From an uncultured Deinococcales bacterium (GTDB lineage: Bacteria > Deinococcota > Deinococci > Deinococcales > JAAFIG01): a stretch of 21,278 nucleotides of DNA. This document shows, piece by piece, positions 1 to 8,829 of this stretch. Position 1 is the first letter of the stretch, and every line of letters begins with the position of its first letter. The stretch is from assembly GCA_964244895.1 (NCBI GenBank), contig CAXTKV010000078.1:1-21278 (forward strand), in the 5' to 3' direction. Below the pieces are notes generated by a model. That model saw only the letters and a list, made by a program, of their open reading frames with translations, was not told the DNA's origin and ran no database searches. The translations under genes and the position numbers were made by a program.

Positions 1-1
1 C

Positions 2-673
2 GATCTTCAAGAGCCCTTGCGGATGGTCTCGAGTTACACGCAGTTGCTGGCGCGGCGTTATGCGGGCAAACTCGACGAGAAGGCCGACACGTACATTCGT
101 TTCGCCGTGGATGGCGCGACCCGCATGCAGAACCTGATCGAGGATCTGCTGGCGTTCTCGCGCATCGCCACGCGCCCGCCGACGCCTCAGGAAGTCAACA
201 CGGAAAACGTCGCCCGTCAGGTCGCGGCGGAGCTCGGTCTGGCGCTCGAGGAAAGCGGCGGCAGCATCGAGATCGGCCCCTTGCCGAACGTGCTGGCAGA
301 TCGTTCGCAGGTCGCGCAGGTCTTCTCGAATCTGATGGGCAACGCCCTCAAGTTTCGTCGACCCGGCGTCCCACCGAGGGTCGAGGTCAGCGCCAGGCCA
401 GAAGCTGCCTTCTGGCAGTTCAGCGTCGCTGACAACGGCATCGGACTGGAACCCGAATATTTTGATCGGGTCTTCGTCATCTTTCAGCGCCTTCACACCC
501 GCGACCAGTACCCAGGCAGCGGTATCGGGCTGGCCATCGTCAAGCGCATCGTCGAACGTCAGGGGGGCCGCATCTGGCTCGAGAGCACCCCTGGTTCTGG
601 AACGACGGTCTATTTCACGTTGCCTGCCGCCAGCCCATCGGCTGCGCCGCAGGCGGCATCCTCGGAGGTTTAA
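2..673 (+). CDS. Sensor histidine kinase, C-terminal part (bacteriophytochrome Cph1-like HisKA/HATPase), 5'-truncated by the window
   Basis: Frame is open from position 2: DLQEPLRMVSSYTQLL (the H-box His lies just before the window), N-box NLMGNALKF, G1 DNGIG, F-box FVIFQRLH, G2 GSGIGLAI. The sensor domains are not visible. Confidence 0.9.
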   Translation, partial: DLQEPLRMVSSYTQLLARRYAGKLDEKADTYIRFAVDGATRMQNLIEDLLAFSRIATRPPTPQEVNTENVARQVAAELGLALEESGGSIEIGPLPNVLADRSQVAQVFSNLMGNALKFRRPGVPPRVEVSARPEAAFWQFSVADNGIGLEPEYFDRVFVIFQRLHTRDQYPGSGIGLAIVKRIVERQGGRIWLESTPGSGTTVYFTLPAASPSAAPQAASSEV

Positions 674-1120
674 ATGGTTCAGCCCAACGACATGATCGAA
701 ATCTTGCTGGTCGAGGACAACCCCGGCGATGTCGAACTGACGCGGGAAGCTTTCGAGGAGGGCAAGATTCGCAATCGGTTGCACATCGTCGGTGACGGTG
801 TCGAAGCGCTGGCGTTCTTGCGTCGGGCGGGCAGTTACGCTGGGCTGCCCAGGCCGGACATCGTGCTGCTCGATCTGAACTTGCCCAAAAAATCTGGGCT
901 CGAGGTGCTGGGAGAAATGAAGGCCGACCCGGATTTGCGCACGATTCCCGTGGTCGTGCTGACCACCTCTCGGGCCGAGGAGGACGTGGCGCGAAGCTAC
1001 CAGGCGCACGCGAATTGCTACATCGCCAAACCGGTGGATTTCGAGAAATTCATGGTCGTGGTGCGCTCGCTCGAGGATTTCTGGTTGTCCGTGGTTCGGT
1101 TGCCGCGCCGGGAGGCGTGA
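674..1120 (+). CDS. Single-domain response regulator (Rcp1-like)
   Basis: [10 protein letters not shown], phospho-acceptor [27 protein letters not shown]. The ATG directly follows the kinase TAA, with GGAGG upstream. Confidence 0.92.
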   Translation: MVQPNDMIEILLVEDNPGDVELTREAFEEGKIRNRLHIVGDGVEALAFLRRAGSYAGLPRPDIVLLDLNLPKKSGLEVLGEMKADPDLRTIPVVVLTTSRAEEDVARSYQAHANCYIAKPVDFEKFMVVVRSLEDFWLSVVRLPRREA

Positions 1121-1123
1121 GCC

Positions 1124-3076
1124 TTGAACGCGGCGCGGGTTTTGCTGGTCGAGGATCATCCGGGTGACGCCCTGCTGGTGCGCGAACTGCTCGACGAGGC
1201 CGGGGTGCGGGTCGAACTCGAGGAAGTGCCCAATCTGGCTCGGGCGCTCGAGCGGCTTCAGGCGACCACCTGGGAGGCGGTGCTGCTCGATCTCTCGTTG
1301 CCGGATGCGCAGGGCATCGAAACCGTGCGCCGGGTTCGCAGGGCCGACCCGAGCGTGCCGATCGTCGTGCTTTCCGGTCTGGGCGACGATGCCACGGCGC
1401 TGGCTGCCGTGCAATCGGGCGCGCAAGATTACCTGGTCAAGGGTCAGGTCAGCGGCTTCCAGTTGGCGCGGGCCATCGCCTACTCGACCGAGCGCGCCCG
1501 GATGTTCACCGAGGTCGAGACGGCGCGCGAGCGCAGCGCGTTTCTGGCGGGGCAGCTCGAGCGGCGCAACGCGCAACTCGAGGATCGCACCCAGTTCGCG
1601 CTGCAGGCCGCCCGGATGGTCGCCTGGGACTGGACGCTGGCGGGCGACCGGATCGCCCTGTCCGATACCGCGCAGGAGGTGCTGGGCATCGCGAGCGACG
1701 GCCTGATGACTTCAAAGATGGTGCGGACATTGATCCACCCCGATGACCTTCCAGGACACAGCCGACATTTCATCGCGGGCAGACGAAGCGGTCGGGGCTA
1801 CGTCTCGCGCTACCGTTTCTGGCACGCGCAACGCCGGGAGTACATCTGGCTCGAGGAGCACGGTCGAGTCTCGCTTTCGGCCTCCGGGCGCGCGGTTCGC
1901 GCCAGCGGGCTGGCGCAGGACGTGACTGAACGCGTCCGCGCCGAGAAGGCGCTCGAGGAATCGAGCGCCTTCATGAGCGCGACCCTCGATTCGCTGGGTG
2001 CGCACGTCGCCGTGCTGGCCGCTGATGGCACGATCCTGGCCGTCAACGCCGCCTGGCGAGCCTACGGGCAGGCCAACGGAGGGCGACTCGAGGATCACGG
2101 CGTCGGCGCGAATTACCTGGAGGTCTGCGACCGGGCGGCGGATACCAGCCCGGAGGCGGCGCTGATGGCTCAGGGCTTGCGCGACGTGATCTCGGGCGAG
2201 ACCAACGACCTGGTGATCGAATACCCGTGCCCTTCGCCGGCGGAAGAATTCTGGTACATGGCGCGGGTCACGCGCTTCCGCGACGGTTCGGATCGCGTGG
2301 CGGTGGCGCACGAGAACATCACCGAGCGCGTGCGCGCCGAAAGCCTGCTGCGCCGCGTCAACGATGCGCAAAAACGGTTCGTCTCCGATGCCGCCCACGA
2401 ACTTCGCGCACCCCTGACAGCCATTCAGGGCAACCTGGAATTGCTGATCCGCCATCCGAACATCAGCGCCGAGGATCGGGCGGATTCGCTCTCGGACGCG
2501 CACCGCGAAGCCGCGCGCCTCGGGCGGCTGGTGGCGGACTTGCTTTCGGTCGCGCGCGGTGATTCCGGCAGCACCCTGTACCGCGCCCCCGTCCAGTTCG
2601 AGGTCGTGATCGCCGAAACGCTGCGCGACGCCCGCCTGCTCTCGAGCAATCACACCTTCAAGGAAGGCGAACTCGAGCCCTGCGTGGTCGAAGGCGACCG
2701 CGACAAGCTCAAACAGCTTTCGTTGATCCTGCTGGAAAACGCCATCAAGTACACGCCCAAGGGCGGCCAGATCAGCGTCAGGCTCCACTGCAACCCGGAA
2801 TGGACGACGCTGGAAGTGTCCGACAGTGGGGTCGGTATTTCAACCGACGATCTGCCGCACGTGTTCGAGCGTTTTTACCGGGCGGATCGGGCGCGCTCTC
2901 GCGGCGAGGATCCGGGCGGCACCGGCCTGGGTTTACCGATCGCCAAATGGATCGTCGAAAGCCACGGCGGAACAATTCAGATCGAGAGCGAACTCGGGCA
3001 GGGCACGCTCGTTCGGGTGCGCTTGCCGATTGCGGGTGCGGACGAAACGCCTCTGGAACGCAGTTCTGGCCATTGA
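1124..3076 (+). CDS. Hybrid sensor kinase: N-terminal receiver, two PAS/PAC domains, HisKA, HATPase
   Basis: REC motifs VLLVEDHPGD/LLDLSLPD/GAQDYLVKG; PAS-PAC ends IHPDD..QDVTER and ..HENITER; H-box AAHELRAPL; ENAIKYT, DSGVG, FERFYR, GTGLGL. TTG start after GGAGG. Confidence 0.9.
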   Translation: MNAARVLLVEDHPGDALLVRELLDEAGVRVELEEVPNLARALERLQATTWEAVLLDLSLPDAQGIETVRRVRRADPSVPIVVLSGLGDDATALAAVQSGAQDYLVKGQVSGFQLARAIAYSTERARMFTEVETARERSAFLAGQLERRNAQLEDRTQFALQAARMVAWDWTLAGDRIALSDTAQEVLGIASDGLMTSKMVRTLIHPDDLPGHSRHFIAGRRSGRGYVSRYRFWHAQRREYIWLEEHGRVSLSASGRAVRASGLAQDVTERVRAEKALEESSAFMSATLDSLGAHVAVLAADGTILAVNAAWRAYGQANGGRLEDHGVGANYLEVCDRAADTSPEAALMAQGLRDVISGETNDLVIEYPCPSPAEEFWYMARVTRFRDGSDRVAVAHENITERVRAESLLRRVNDAQKRFVSDAAHELRAPLTAIQGNLELLIRHPNISAEDRADSLSDAHREAARLGRLVADLLSVARGDSGSTLYRAPVQFEVVIAETLRDARLLSSNHTFKEGELEPCVVEGDRDKLKQLSLILLENAIKYTPKGGQISVRLHCNPEWTTLEVSDSGVGISTDDLPHVFERFYRADRARSRGEDPGGTGLGLPIAKWIVESHGGTIQIESELGQGTLVRVRLPIAGADETPLERSSGH

Positions 3077-3110
3077 AGCGATTGTTTTTGCGGGTTTGCG
3101 ACACCAAAAA

Positions 3111-3172
3111 AACGTGTCCTGAACGGTGTTATCTGATGCGCCCACCCGAGATCGCCGTCCCGGACGGTGTTC
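3111..3172. repeat. Two units of the CACCGTS-N3-SACGGTG palindrome family
   Basis: ACGTGTC-CTG-AACGGTG (centre 3120) and CGCCGTC-CCG-GACGGTG (centre 3161). Confidence 0.7.
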
Positions 3173-3271
3173 CTGAATGGTTCGCCTCGGGTATCAGCTG
3201 CTCCTCAGGTGCGCCTCAGCCCTCGAACAGGTGCCGTCCGTAGCGTCGATCCCAAAGGTGGGACGCGACCG

Positions 3272-4246
3272 ATGAACGCCCTCGAGACGACCCTGATTCA
3301 CAACCCGCAAGCGGGCGGCTCCAGTCTGGTGACGGCTGCCGACCTGGAAGCTGCGCTGCAGGCCATCGGTCTGGACGCGCACCACCGCCCGACCGGGTGC
3401 GAGGACGACCTGGACGGCGTTCTGGAACACCCCGGCGATCTGGTGGTCGTGGCGGGCGGAGATGGCACCATCCGGGCGGTCGCGCGCCGTCTGGCCGGGC
3501 GCGGCGTGCCAATGGCGGTGCTGCCGCTCGGCACCGCCAATAACCTGGCGGGGGCGATGGGTGTGGCCGGAACGCCGCTCGATCTGGCCAGCCGGCTGGC
3601 CAACCCTGAACGCCGCAAGCTCGATATCGGTCGCGCGATCGGCCCGTGGGGCGAGGGCGTGTTTCTCGAGGGGGCGGGCGTCGGCCTGCTGGCGGCGACC
3701 ATGGCGGCCTACGCGCCCGAGGACGGCAAGAGTCCGTTGCGCGCCCTACAGGCCGTGATCAAGACCGTGCCCGGTTACGCGCCGATCGCCTGTCGGGTGA
3801 GCTGCGACGGCGTCGAACTCGAGGGTCGGTACGTGATGGTCGAGTTGATGAACACGCCCGCCGTCGGGCCGCGCCTGCGCTTCGCGCCGGAGGCCGATCC
3901 CGGCGACGGCTGGCTCGAGGTGGTGCTGATCGAGGAGCACGACCGCGTCGGTCTGGCCGCCTATGCGGCGAACCTCGCGCTCGGACAGCTTTCGGCGCTG
4001 CCGAACGTCAGTCTGCGACGCGCCAGGCGCGTCAGCCTGGAGTGGCAGGGATCGCCGGTTCATCTGGATGCGGAAATCTTCGGCGACGCGACTCAGGGGG
4101 GCGAACCCGCGCTTTGCCGCGCGGAGTTCTCGCTCGAGGTGGGGGCGCTCGAAGTCTGGTTGCCCGCCAAAGTAGAATCCTCGCTGCCCGATCAGGCTGC
4201 GTCAACGGAAGCTGCGCCAACGGAACTCGAGGTGGTTCACCCGTGA
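3272..4246 (+). CDS. Diacylglycerol/lipid kinase family protein (DAGK/YegS-like)
   Basis: LIHNPQAG, AGGDGT, LPLGTANNLA, ADPGDGWLEVV. The start was moved to ATG 3272 because the upstream extension runs through repeat DNA. Confidence 0.88.
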   Translation: MNALETTLIHNPQAGGSSLVTAADLEAALQAIGLDAHHRPTGCEDDLDGVLEHPGDLVVVAGGDGTIRAVARRLAGRGVPMAVLPLGTANNLAGAMGVAGTPLDLASRLANPERRKLDIGRAIGPWGEGVFLEGAGVGLLAATMAAYAPEDGKSPLRALQAVIKTVPGYAPIACRVSCDGVELEGRYVMVELMNTPAVGPRLRFAPEADPGDGWLEVVLIEEHDRVGLAAYAANLALGQLSALPNVSLRRARRVSLEWQGSPVHLDAEIFGDATQGGEPALCRAEFSLEVGALEVWLPAKVESSLPDQAASTEAAPTELEVVHP

Positions 4247-4959
4247 CTGCGCCAATTGTCCAGCCCACCAACATGCGGATCGATCTGCATTGCCACACGG
4301 AAGCCTCGCACGATTGCCGGACGCCGCTTTCGCTGATTCCCGGACGCTGCCTCGAGCGGCACCTGAACGTCCTGGCCGTGACCGATCACGATCAGATCTG
4401 GGGCGCACAGGAACTTCAGGCGCTGGCGGCGGATCAGCCGAACCTGACCGTGATCGTTGGTGAGGAAATCTCGACCATCGAGGGCGAGTTGATCGGGCTG
4501 TTCCTGCGCGAACGCATCCCGCCCGGTCTGAGCCCCGAAAAAACCATAGATGCCATCAAGGAGCAGGGCGGGTTGGTGCTGCTACCGCACGGCTTCGACC
4601 CGCTCAAGGTACACCGCCTGCGCCCGGCCTCGCTGAACCGCGTGGCGGAACGCATCGACATCATCGAGGCGTACAACGCCCGCATCTCGAGGCCATCCTG
4701 GAATCGCGCCGCTTCAACCTGGGCGCGAGAACACGACCGCCCCGAGAGCGCCGGATCGGACGCGCACATCCTTTCGAGGGTCGGGGATGCCTGGGTCGAG
4801 ACCTCCGAGCGTCCGATCCGATCGCCCGAAGACCTGCTGCTGGCCCTGCGCGAGGGGCACATCGGCGGCAACTGGACGCACCCGGTACTCGCGTTCGTGC
4901 AGAAGCTTTTCGATGGCGCTCGCGGTTCGGATTCGCGTCGTTCCGGGCCGAGTCAGTAG
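4243..4959 (+). CDS. PHP-domain metal-dependent phosphoesterase
   Basis: DLHCHT, VTDHD, GEEI, LPHGF and GSDAH motifs. GTG overlaps the TGA of the kinase (GTGA); ATG 4273 is an alternative start. Confidence 0.88.
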   Translation: MTAPIVQPTNMRIDLHCHTEASHDCRTPLSLIPGRCLERHLNVLAVTDHDQIWGAQELQALAADQPNLTVIVGEEISTIEGELIGLFLRERIPPGLSPEKTIDAIKEQGGLVLLPHGFDPLKVHRLRPASLNRVAERIDIIEAYNARISRPSWNRAASTWAREHDRPESAGSDAHILSRVGDAWVETSERPIRSPEDLLLALREGHIGGNWTHPVLAFVQKLFDGARGSDSRRSGPSQ

Positions 4960-4992
4960 ACCCGAAATTCCCGGCGGCACGTTGGGCTCGAG

Positions 4993-5028
4993 TGATCCGC
5001 TCCAGGATTCGGGCTCTCGAGCGGATCA
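4993..5028. terminator. Stem-loop downstream of the PHP gene (possible terminator)
   Basis: Perfect 10-bp inverted repeat TGATCCGCTC / GAGCGGATCA, but no U-tract. Confidence 0.35.
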
Positions 5029-5040
5029 GAGTTCGAGATT

Positions 5041-5080
5041 ACCGTCCAGCACGCGTTATTTAATTCGCGTGCTGGACGGT
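5041..5080. repeat. Paired palindrome-family units forming a perfect 15-bp inverted repeat
   Basis: ACCGTCCAGCACGCG-TTATTTAATT-CGCGTGCTGGACGGT; unit centres 5048 and 5073. Confidence 0.85.
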
Positions 5081-5183
5081 CGCGCTGGAACAAGAACGTT
5101 GTCTACCGAGGTCTGCTCGATTCCTCGTGCCGGTCACGGCCTGACCCGCAGCCTGACGGGCGCGCTCATGTACGATGTGCCGC

Positions 5184-6536
5184 GTGAGCCTACGCGCGAG
5201 GTTGTTCGGGAAGCTCGAGTTCGAGGTGGGTGAGCGGGTTCTGGCGTTGCCGCCCGGTCGCGCGGTGGAAGTGATCGTGTACTTGACGGCGCGGCCCGGA
5301 TTGCGAGCCTGGGCGGAATTGGCGGCGCACCTGGGCATGGGGCGCGAGCAAGTCGAAGCACTCGGGTTCGGCGCGTTCCGCGAGCACCTGGAATTGAACG
5401 ACGCGGGCGCGTTCCTGGATGCGGAAAGCGACCTGGTGGATTACTTCGCGGCAGGAGGCGACATCAGAGCCCTGTCGCGTCTGCGCAAGGAACTCGCGCC
5501 GGGTCTGGAAGAACGCCTCGAGCCGTCCAGCGCGGCGTTCAGGGCGTGGCTGAAGCGCGAGCGCTTCGAGGTCAAACGCACCTTCCTGATCGCGCTGATG
5601 GATCACGCCGCGCGCCTCGAGACGGAAGGCAAAACCCGTGAGGCCGAAGCGAACCTGGCCTACGTCCACAAGCAGCTCGAGGCCGTGCAGACCGCCAGCC
5701 CGCACTTCGGGGCGCTGTTGCGGCTGGACGTTTCCAGGCACCACTGGCGCTTGAACCGTCCCGAACGCACCATCGAGTTGATCCAGCAGGCCGTGCCGGA
5801 TCTGTTGCCCGAAGATGCGCTGGAGGCGCGGGTCAACCTGGGCGCGGCGCTGGTTCGGTGCGGGCGCTTGCAGGACGCCATCCGGGCGCTTCAGACGCTG
5901 CCGGATTCGGGAAGCTCGCGCGGTTGGGGGCTGGTTCACCTGGCGAACGCGCACCGCTGGTCGGGCGATCTGGATGATGCGGTTCGGATCGCGGATGACG
6001 CGTATGCCATCGGCAAAACGGAATCGGACGGTCACCTGGCCATTTCCGCGCTGACCGTCAAGGGCGAGGCGCTCTTAGCGCGCGACATCCTGCAATCCAG
6101 GGAACCCAAAGAGGCCGTGATCGCGTTCGGTCAGGGCGTCGGCATCAGCGAACTGCTGGGCGAGGACGCCTCGGCGGGCGCGCTGGCCGGGCTGGCGCAC
6201 GCGCACGTCATCTGGGGCAACAAACAAAAAGCGCTCGAGGGCGCAGAGAAAGCCTTCAAACGCGCCCGCGCCGCCAAAGACGGCCCGAACGCGACCCGCG
6301 CGCTGCTGGCCCTGTACGCCGCGACTCACATCGGCAGCTTCGCGCGCAACGCGCTTTCCGAAGCGCGCGCGTGCCATCACCGAGGACTCGAGATGCTCGC
6401 GCTGATCGCCGTGGCCGAAAAGGAGCGCGATGTCGGCACCGCCCAGGAAGCTCTGACGCTGGCCGAACAGCTCGGGGCTCGAGGCGGAATCGAGGCTGCC
6501 AGAGCCGTCCTAGAGGCTCTGAGCCAACGCGCCTGA
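5184..6536 (+). CDS. TPR-repeat protein with an N-terminal SARP/BTAD-like region (putative regulator)
   Basis: N-terminus LRARLFGKLEF..IVYL and FRAWLKRER resembles BTAD-type regulators, followed by Ala/Leu-rich helical repeats (EARVNLGAALVRCGRLQDA, LVHLANAHRWSGDLDDA). GTG 5184 lies 7 nt after a TACGAT -10 box; ATG 5175 is the alternative. Confidence 0.65.
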   Translation: MSLRARLFGKLEFEVGERVLALPPGRAVEVIVYLTARPGLRAWAELAAHLGMGREQVEALGFGAFREHLELNDAGAFLDAESDLVDYFAAGGDIRALSRLRKELAPGLEERLEPSSAAFRAWLKRERFEVKRTFLIALMDHAARLETEGKTREAEANLAYVHKQLEAVQTASPHFGALLRLDVSRHHWRLNRPERTIELIQQAVPDLLPEDALEARVNLGAALVRCGRLQDAIRALQTLPDSGSSRGWGLVHLANAHRWSGDLDDAVRIADDAYAIGKTESDGHLAISALTVKGEALLARDILQSREPKEAVIAFGQGVGISELLGEDASAGALAGLAHAHVIWGNKQKALEGAEKAFKRARAAKDGPNATRALLALYAATHIGSFARNALSEARACHHRGLEMLALIAVAEKERDVGTAQEALTLAEQLGARGGIEAARAVLEALSQRA

Positions 6537-6544
6537 CCGAAGAG

Positions 6545-6606
6545 CACCGTCTAGGACGGTATTCTTGTCGCTCGAGAAAACACCGTGCTGCACGGTGTTT
6601 TCTCGA
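6545..6606. repeat. Two palindrome-family units, including the most perfect copy
   Basis: CACCGTC-TAG-GACGGTA (centre 6553) and TCGAGAAAACACCGTG-CTG-CACGGTGTTTTCTCGA (6572-6606, perfect 16-bp arms, centre 6589). Confidence 0.88.
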
Positions 6607-6614
6607 TTTCCGGA

Positions 6615-6811
6615 TCGAAGGCTCGAGAGATTTTGATCGGTGGGACGGGTTCCGGGATGGATTTCTTGCGAAAGCGAGTTCCTATTGACCCGCCCCGCGA
6701 GGGCAACCCCCTACGCGACACGGTTTTTGTCAGGGCAGGTTCGTGACCGGTCCTTCCCTCGAGCCGCCTTCGAGCGCTCCCTCGCAGAGCCTTCTTTTTT
6801 GTCCGCCCCAC
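6615..6811. ncRNA. Candidate structured non-coding RNA, family and strand unassigned
   Basis: Long intergenic stretch with many helices and GNRA-capped hairpins on +, and a T6 run at 6795-6800. No convincing ORF. Confidence 0.3.
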
Positions 6812-6885
6812 GGCGCTCCAGACATCCTCACGCGCATTGGTTAGACTTCAAGCGTGAGACGCGGATTTTCCGATCTGAGGCGACC

Positions 6886-7962
6886 GTGCGGACGATCCTG
6901 ATGGCGCTTCTGATGGCGCTCGCGGCTGGCACCGCCGGAGCCACCAGCCTGAGCGTGCTGGACACGCGCGCGCAACTCGAGCACTCGAAACTGGTCGGGG
7001 TCGCGCTCGATCCCGGAGCGGCCTTGCGCGCGTCGCTCTCGCCGAACACGAAATCGGGCACGCTCGAGACGCCACCCATTCCGGCCAGCGCCTTCGATAC
7101 GGCCATCGTCTCGTGGAACGCGAGCACGCCCCTGGGCACGTTCTTGAAGCTCGAAGTGCGCGCCAGAATCGGGGCGCGCTGGACGCGTTACTACCCGCTG
7201 GCGGTCTGGTCGAGCGACCCGCGCATGGGATCGCGTTCCTTTCCGAAAGCGGAATCGCAGAACGCGGACGGCGGCATCGGCACGGACACGCTGCAACTCA
7301 AACGCGCCGCCAACGCCTTGCAGGTGCGCGTCCGGCTGGAAACGCAGAAACCCGGCTCGATTCCCGTCCTGAGAGCCCTCAGCGCCGTCACGAGCGATTC
7401 CAGCACGCACTTCACGCCCGATCCCGCACCCAGCGACCAGCGCGCCTGGGGTACGGAACTGGTGGTTCCTTCGCATTCGCAGATGATCTACCCCGACGGC
7501 GGCGAAGTCTGGTGCTCACCCACCAGCGTCACGATGATCCTGGGCTACTACGGCTCAAACCTGCCCGACACCGTGCCGATGGCCGCGCAGAGCGTCTGGG
7601 ACAGCGTCTACCAGGGTGCGGGCAACTGGCCGTTCAACACCGCTTACGCCGCATCGAAGGGCTTGCGGGCCTACGTCTCGAGGCTGGGGAGCCTGGCGCA
7701 GGCGGAAGCCTTCATTCGGCGTGGCGTGCCGTTGGCCATGTCCATCGCCTGGGGTGCGGGTGAACTGGACGGCGCGCACATCGCCGAGTCCGGCGGTCAT
7801 CTGGTCGTGCTGCGCGGCTTCACCAGGTCTGGCGATCCGATCATCAACGACCCCGCCGCCGCGTCTGATGCGAGCGTTAGAACCGTGTACAAACGCGCTC
7901 AGCTCGAACGCGCCTGGGTCGGGCATTCCGGCGGCGTGGTCTACGTGATCGAGAAACCGTAA
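6886..7962 (+). CDS. Secreted C39-like (papain-fold) cysteine peptidase
   Basis: Signal peptide MRTILMALLMALAAGTAGA; QMIYPDGGEVWCSPTS (Cys), GHLVVL (His), INDPA (Asp). GAGG lies 5 nt before the GTG and a TAGACT -10 is at 6842-6847. Confidence 0.82.
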   Translation: MRTILMALLMALAAGTAGATSLSVLDTRAQLEHSKLVGVALDPGAALRASLSPNTKSGTLETPPIPASAFDTAIVSWNASTPLGTFLKLEVRARIGARWTRYYPLAVWSSDPRMGSRSFPKAESQNADGGIGTDTLQLKRAANALQVRVRLETQKPGSIPVLRALSAVTSDSSTHFTPDPAPSDQRAWGTELVVPSHSQMIYPDGGEVWCSPTSVTMILGYYGSNLPDTVPMAAQSVWDSVYQGAGNWPFNTAYAASKGLRAYVSRLGSLAQAEAFIRRGVPLAMSIAWGAGELDGAHIAESGGHLVVLRGFTRSGDPIINDPAAASDASVRTVYKRAQLERAWVGHSGGVVYVIEKP

Positions 7963-8034
7963 GGGCGCAGCGTATCTCAGGACGAGAGGCCGCGAGTGCA
8001 CAGGTGATTGGCCTTCCCTCGAGCACGACCTGTT

Positions 8035-8087
8035 CTCGAGAACACCGTCCCAGACGTATCTTCAAGAAGATCGCGCAGGACGGTGCT
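8035..8087. repeat. Paired palindrome-family units between convergent genes
   Basis: CTCGAG-AACACCGTC-CCA-GACG..TTCAAG..CGCG-CAG-GACGGTG; centres 8051 and 8077. Confidence 0.8.
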
Positions 8088-8093
8088 TTCGCA

Positions 8094-8327
8094 TCACGGC
8101 GTTCTGGCCTTGCCGGAATGCCATGAACCGCTGATCCCGCCCGACCAGTACCAATCCCCATTTATCGGTTTTTGCTCGAGCGCCGCACGAACATCCTGAA
8201 GATTGACGCGCGACACGAAACGCGTTTTCGCGTGCCAGGCGCTCAGGTCGACGCTAGAGTTCGCGCCCCGCACGAAGGCCAGAGCGCGGTTGACCGCCAG
8301 ATCGAAGATCGCATCGACGGCGCTCAC
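8094..8327 (-). CDS. Small hypothetical protein (77 aa), translationally coupled to the NUDIX gene
   Basis: GTG 8327 overlaps the NUDIX TGA (GTGA). Protein-like sequence MSAVDAIFDLAVNRALAF..WHAKTRF..WYWSGGISGSWHSGKARTP. Confidence 0.7.
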   Translation of the reverse strand: MSAVDAIFDLAVNRALAFVRGANSSVDLSAWHAKTRFVSRVNLQDVRAALEQKPINGDWYWSGGISGSWHSGKARTP

Positions 8328-8767
8328 GCCATTTCCGTCAGCGCCAGTTGGCACCAGGCGCGCACGTCCGGCACGAGGTCTAGCCTCTCGAGCGCGTCGG
8401 CGTCGTACCACGCGAAACCAGCCTCGAGTCTGCCATCGTAAGGCTCGAGTGGACGCCCGAAGTAAACCAAATCGATGCGCTCGTGACCGTCAGAAATGTT
8501 CTCAAGTTGCACGCCGCGCGGCCTGGGCAGCATGAGCGGGCTGGAAACACCATTCGGCAACTCCAATACGAAATCCGGCTCGAGCGTGATCCGCACGCCT
8601 GTCTCCTCGAGCACCTCGCGCAGGGCGGCATCGTTGGGCAATTCGTCGGGTTCGACGTGACCGCCGGGCGGAAAGACCAGCGAGCCCAGTTTGGCGTGGC
8701 GGTGCAGCGCGACTTGAGCCCGCCAGACCACAAAAACGCTGGCCGTAAAATCTCGCGTCACCGTCAT
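8324..8767 (-). CDS. NUDIX hydrolase
   Basis: Nudix box GGHVEPDELPNDAALREVLEETG; RBS GGAGG. Confidence 0.9.
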   Translation of the reverse strand: MTVTRDFTASVFVVWRAQVALHRHAKLGSLVFPPGGHVEPDELPNDAALREVLEETGVRITLEPDFVLELPNGVSSPLMLPRPRGVQLENISDGHERIDLVYFGRPLEPYDGRLEAGFAWYDADALERLDLVPDVRAWCQLALTEMA

Positions 8768-8787
8768 GCGCTCATCCTCCGAAAGGA

Positions 8788-8813
8788 GAAGGGCGACAGA
8801 ACGCTCGCCCTTC
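8788..8813 (-). terminator. Probable intrinsic terminator after the DUF1232 gene
   Basis: 9-bp stem GAAGGGCGA/TCGCCCTTC followed on the minus strand by TCCTTTC. Confidence 0.55.
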
Positions 8814-8829
8814 AGATCGTGAAATGCCC

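Noticed and set aside
2..673. Calling the kinase a bacteriophytochrome
   Set aside because: Only the kinase core is in the window. This HisKA subtype also occurs with non-photosensory inputs, and the PAS-GAF-PHY module cannot be seen.
6705..6790. TPP riboswitch-like words on the minus strand (GAACCTG...GCGTAGGG)
   Set aside because: The conserved CUGAGA element and P2/P3 arrangement are missing, and there is no downstream minus-strand gene to regulate.
6551..6811. 86-aa minus-strand ORF
   Set aside because: Arg/Ser/Gly-rich low-information sequence, no RBS, and it runs through the palindrome pair.
6640..6885. N-terminal extensions in the ORF track (also 3167-3271, 3646-4242, 11916-12170, 13406-13777, 15704-15796)
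   Set aside because: They run through repeats, promoters or neighbouring genes; better starts are supported by RBS, -10 boxes, signal peptides or stop/start overlaps.
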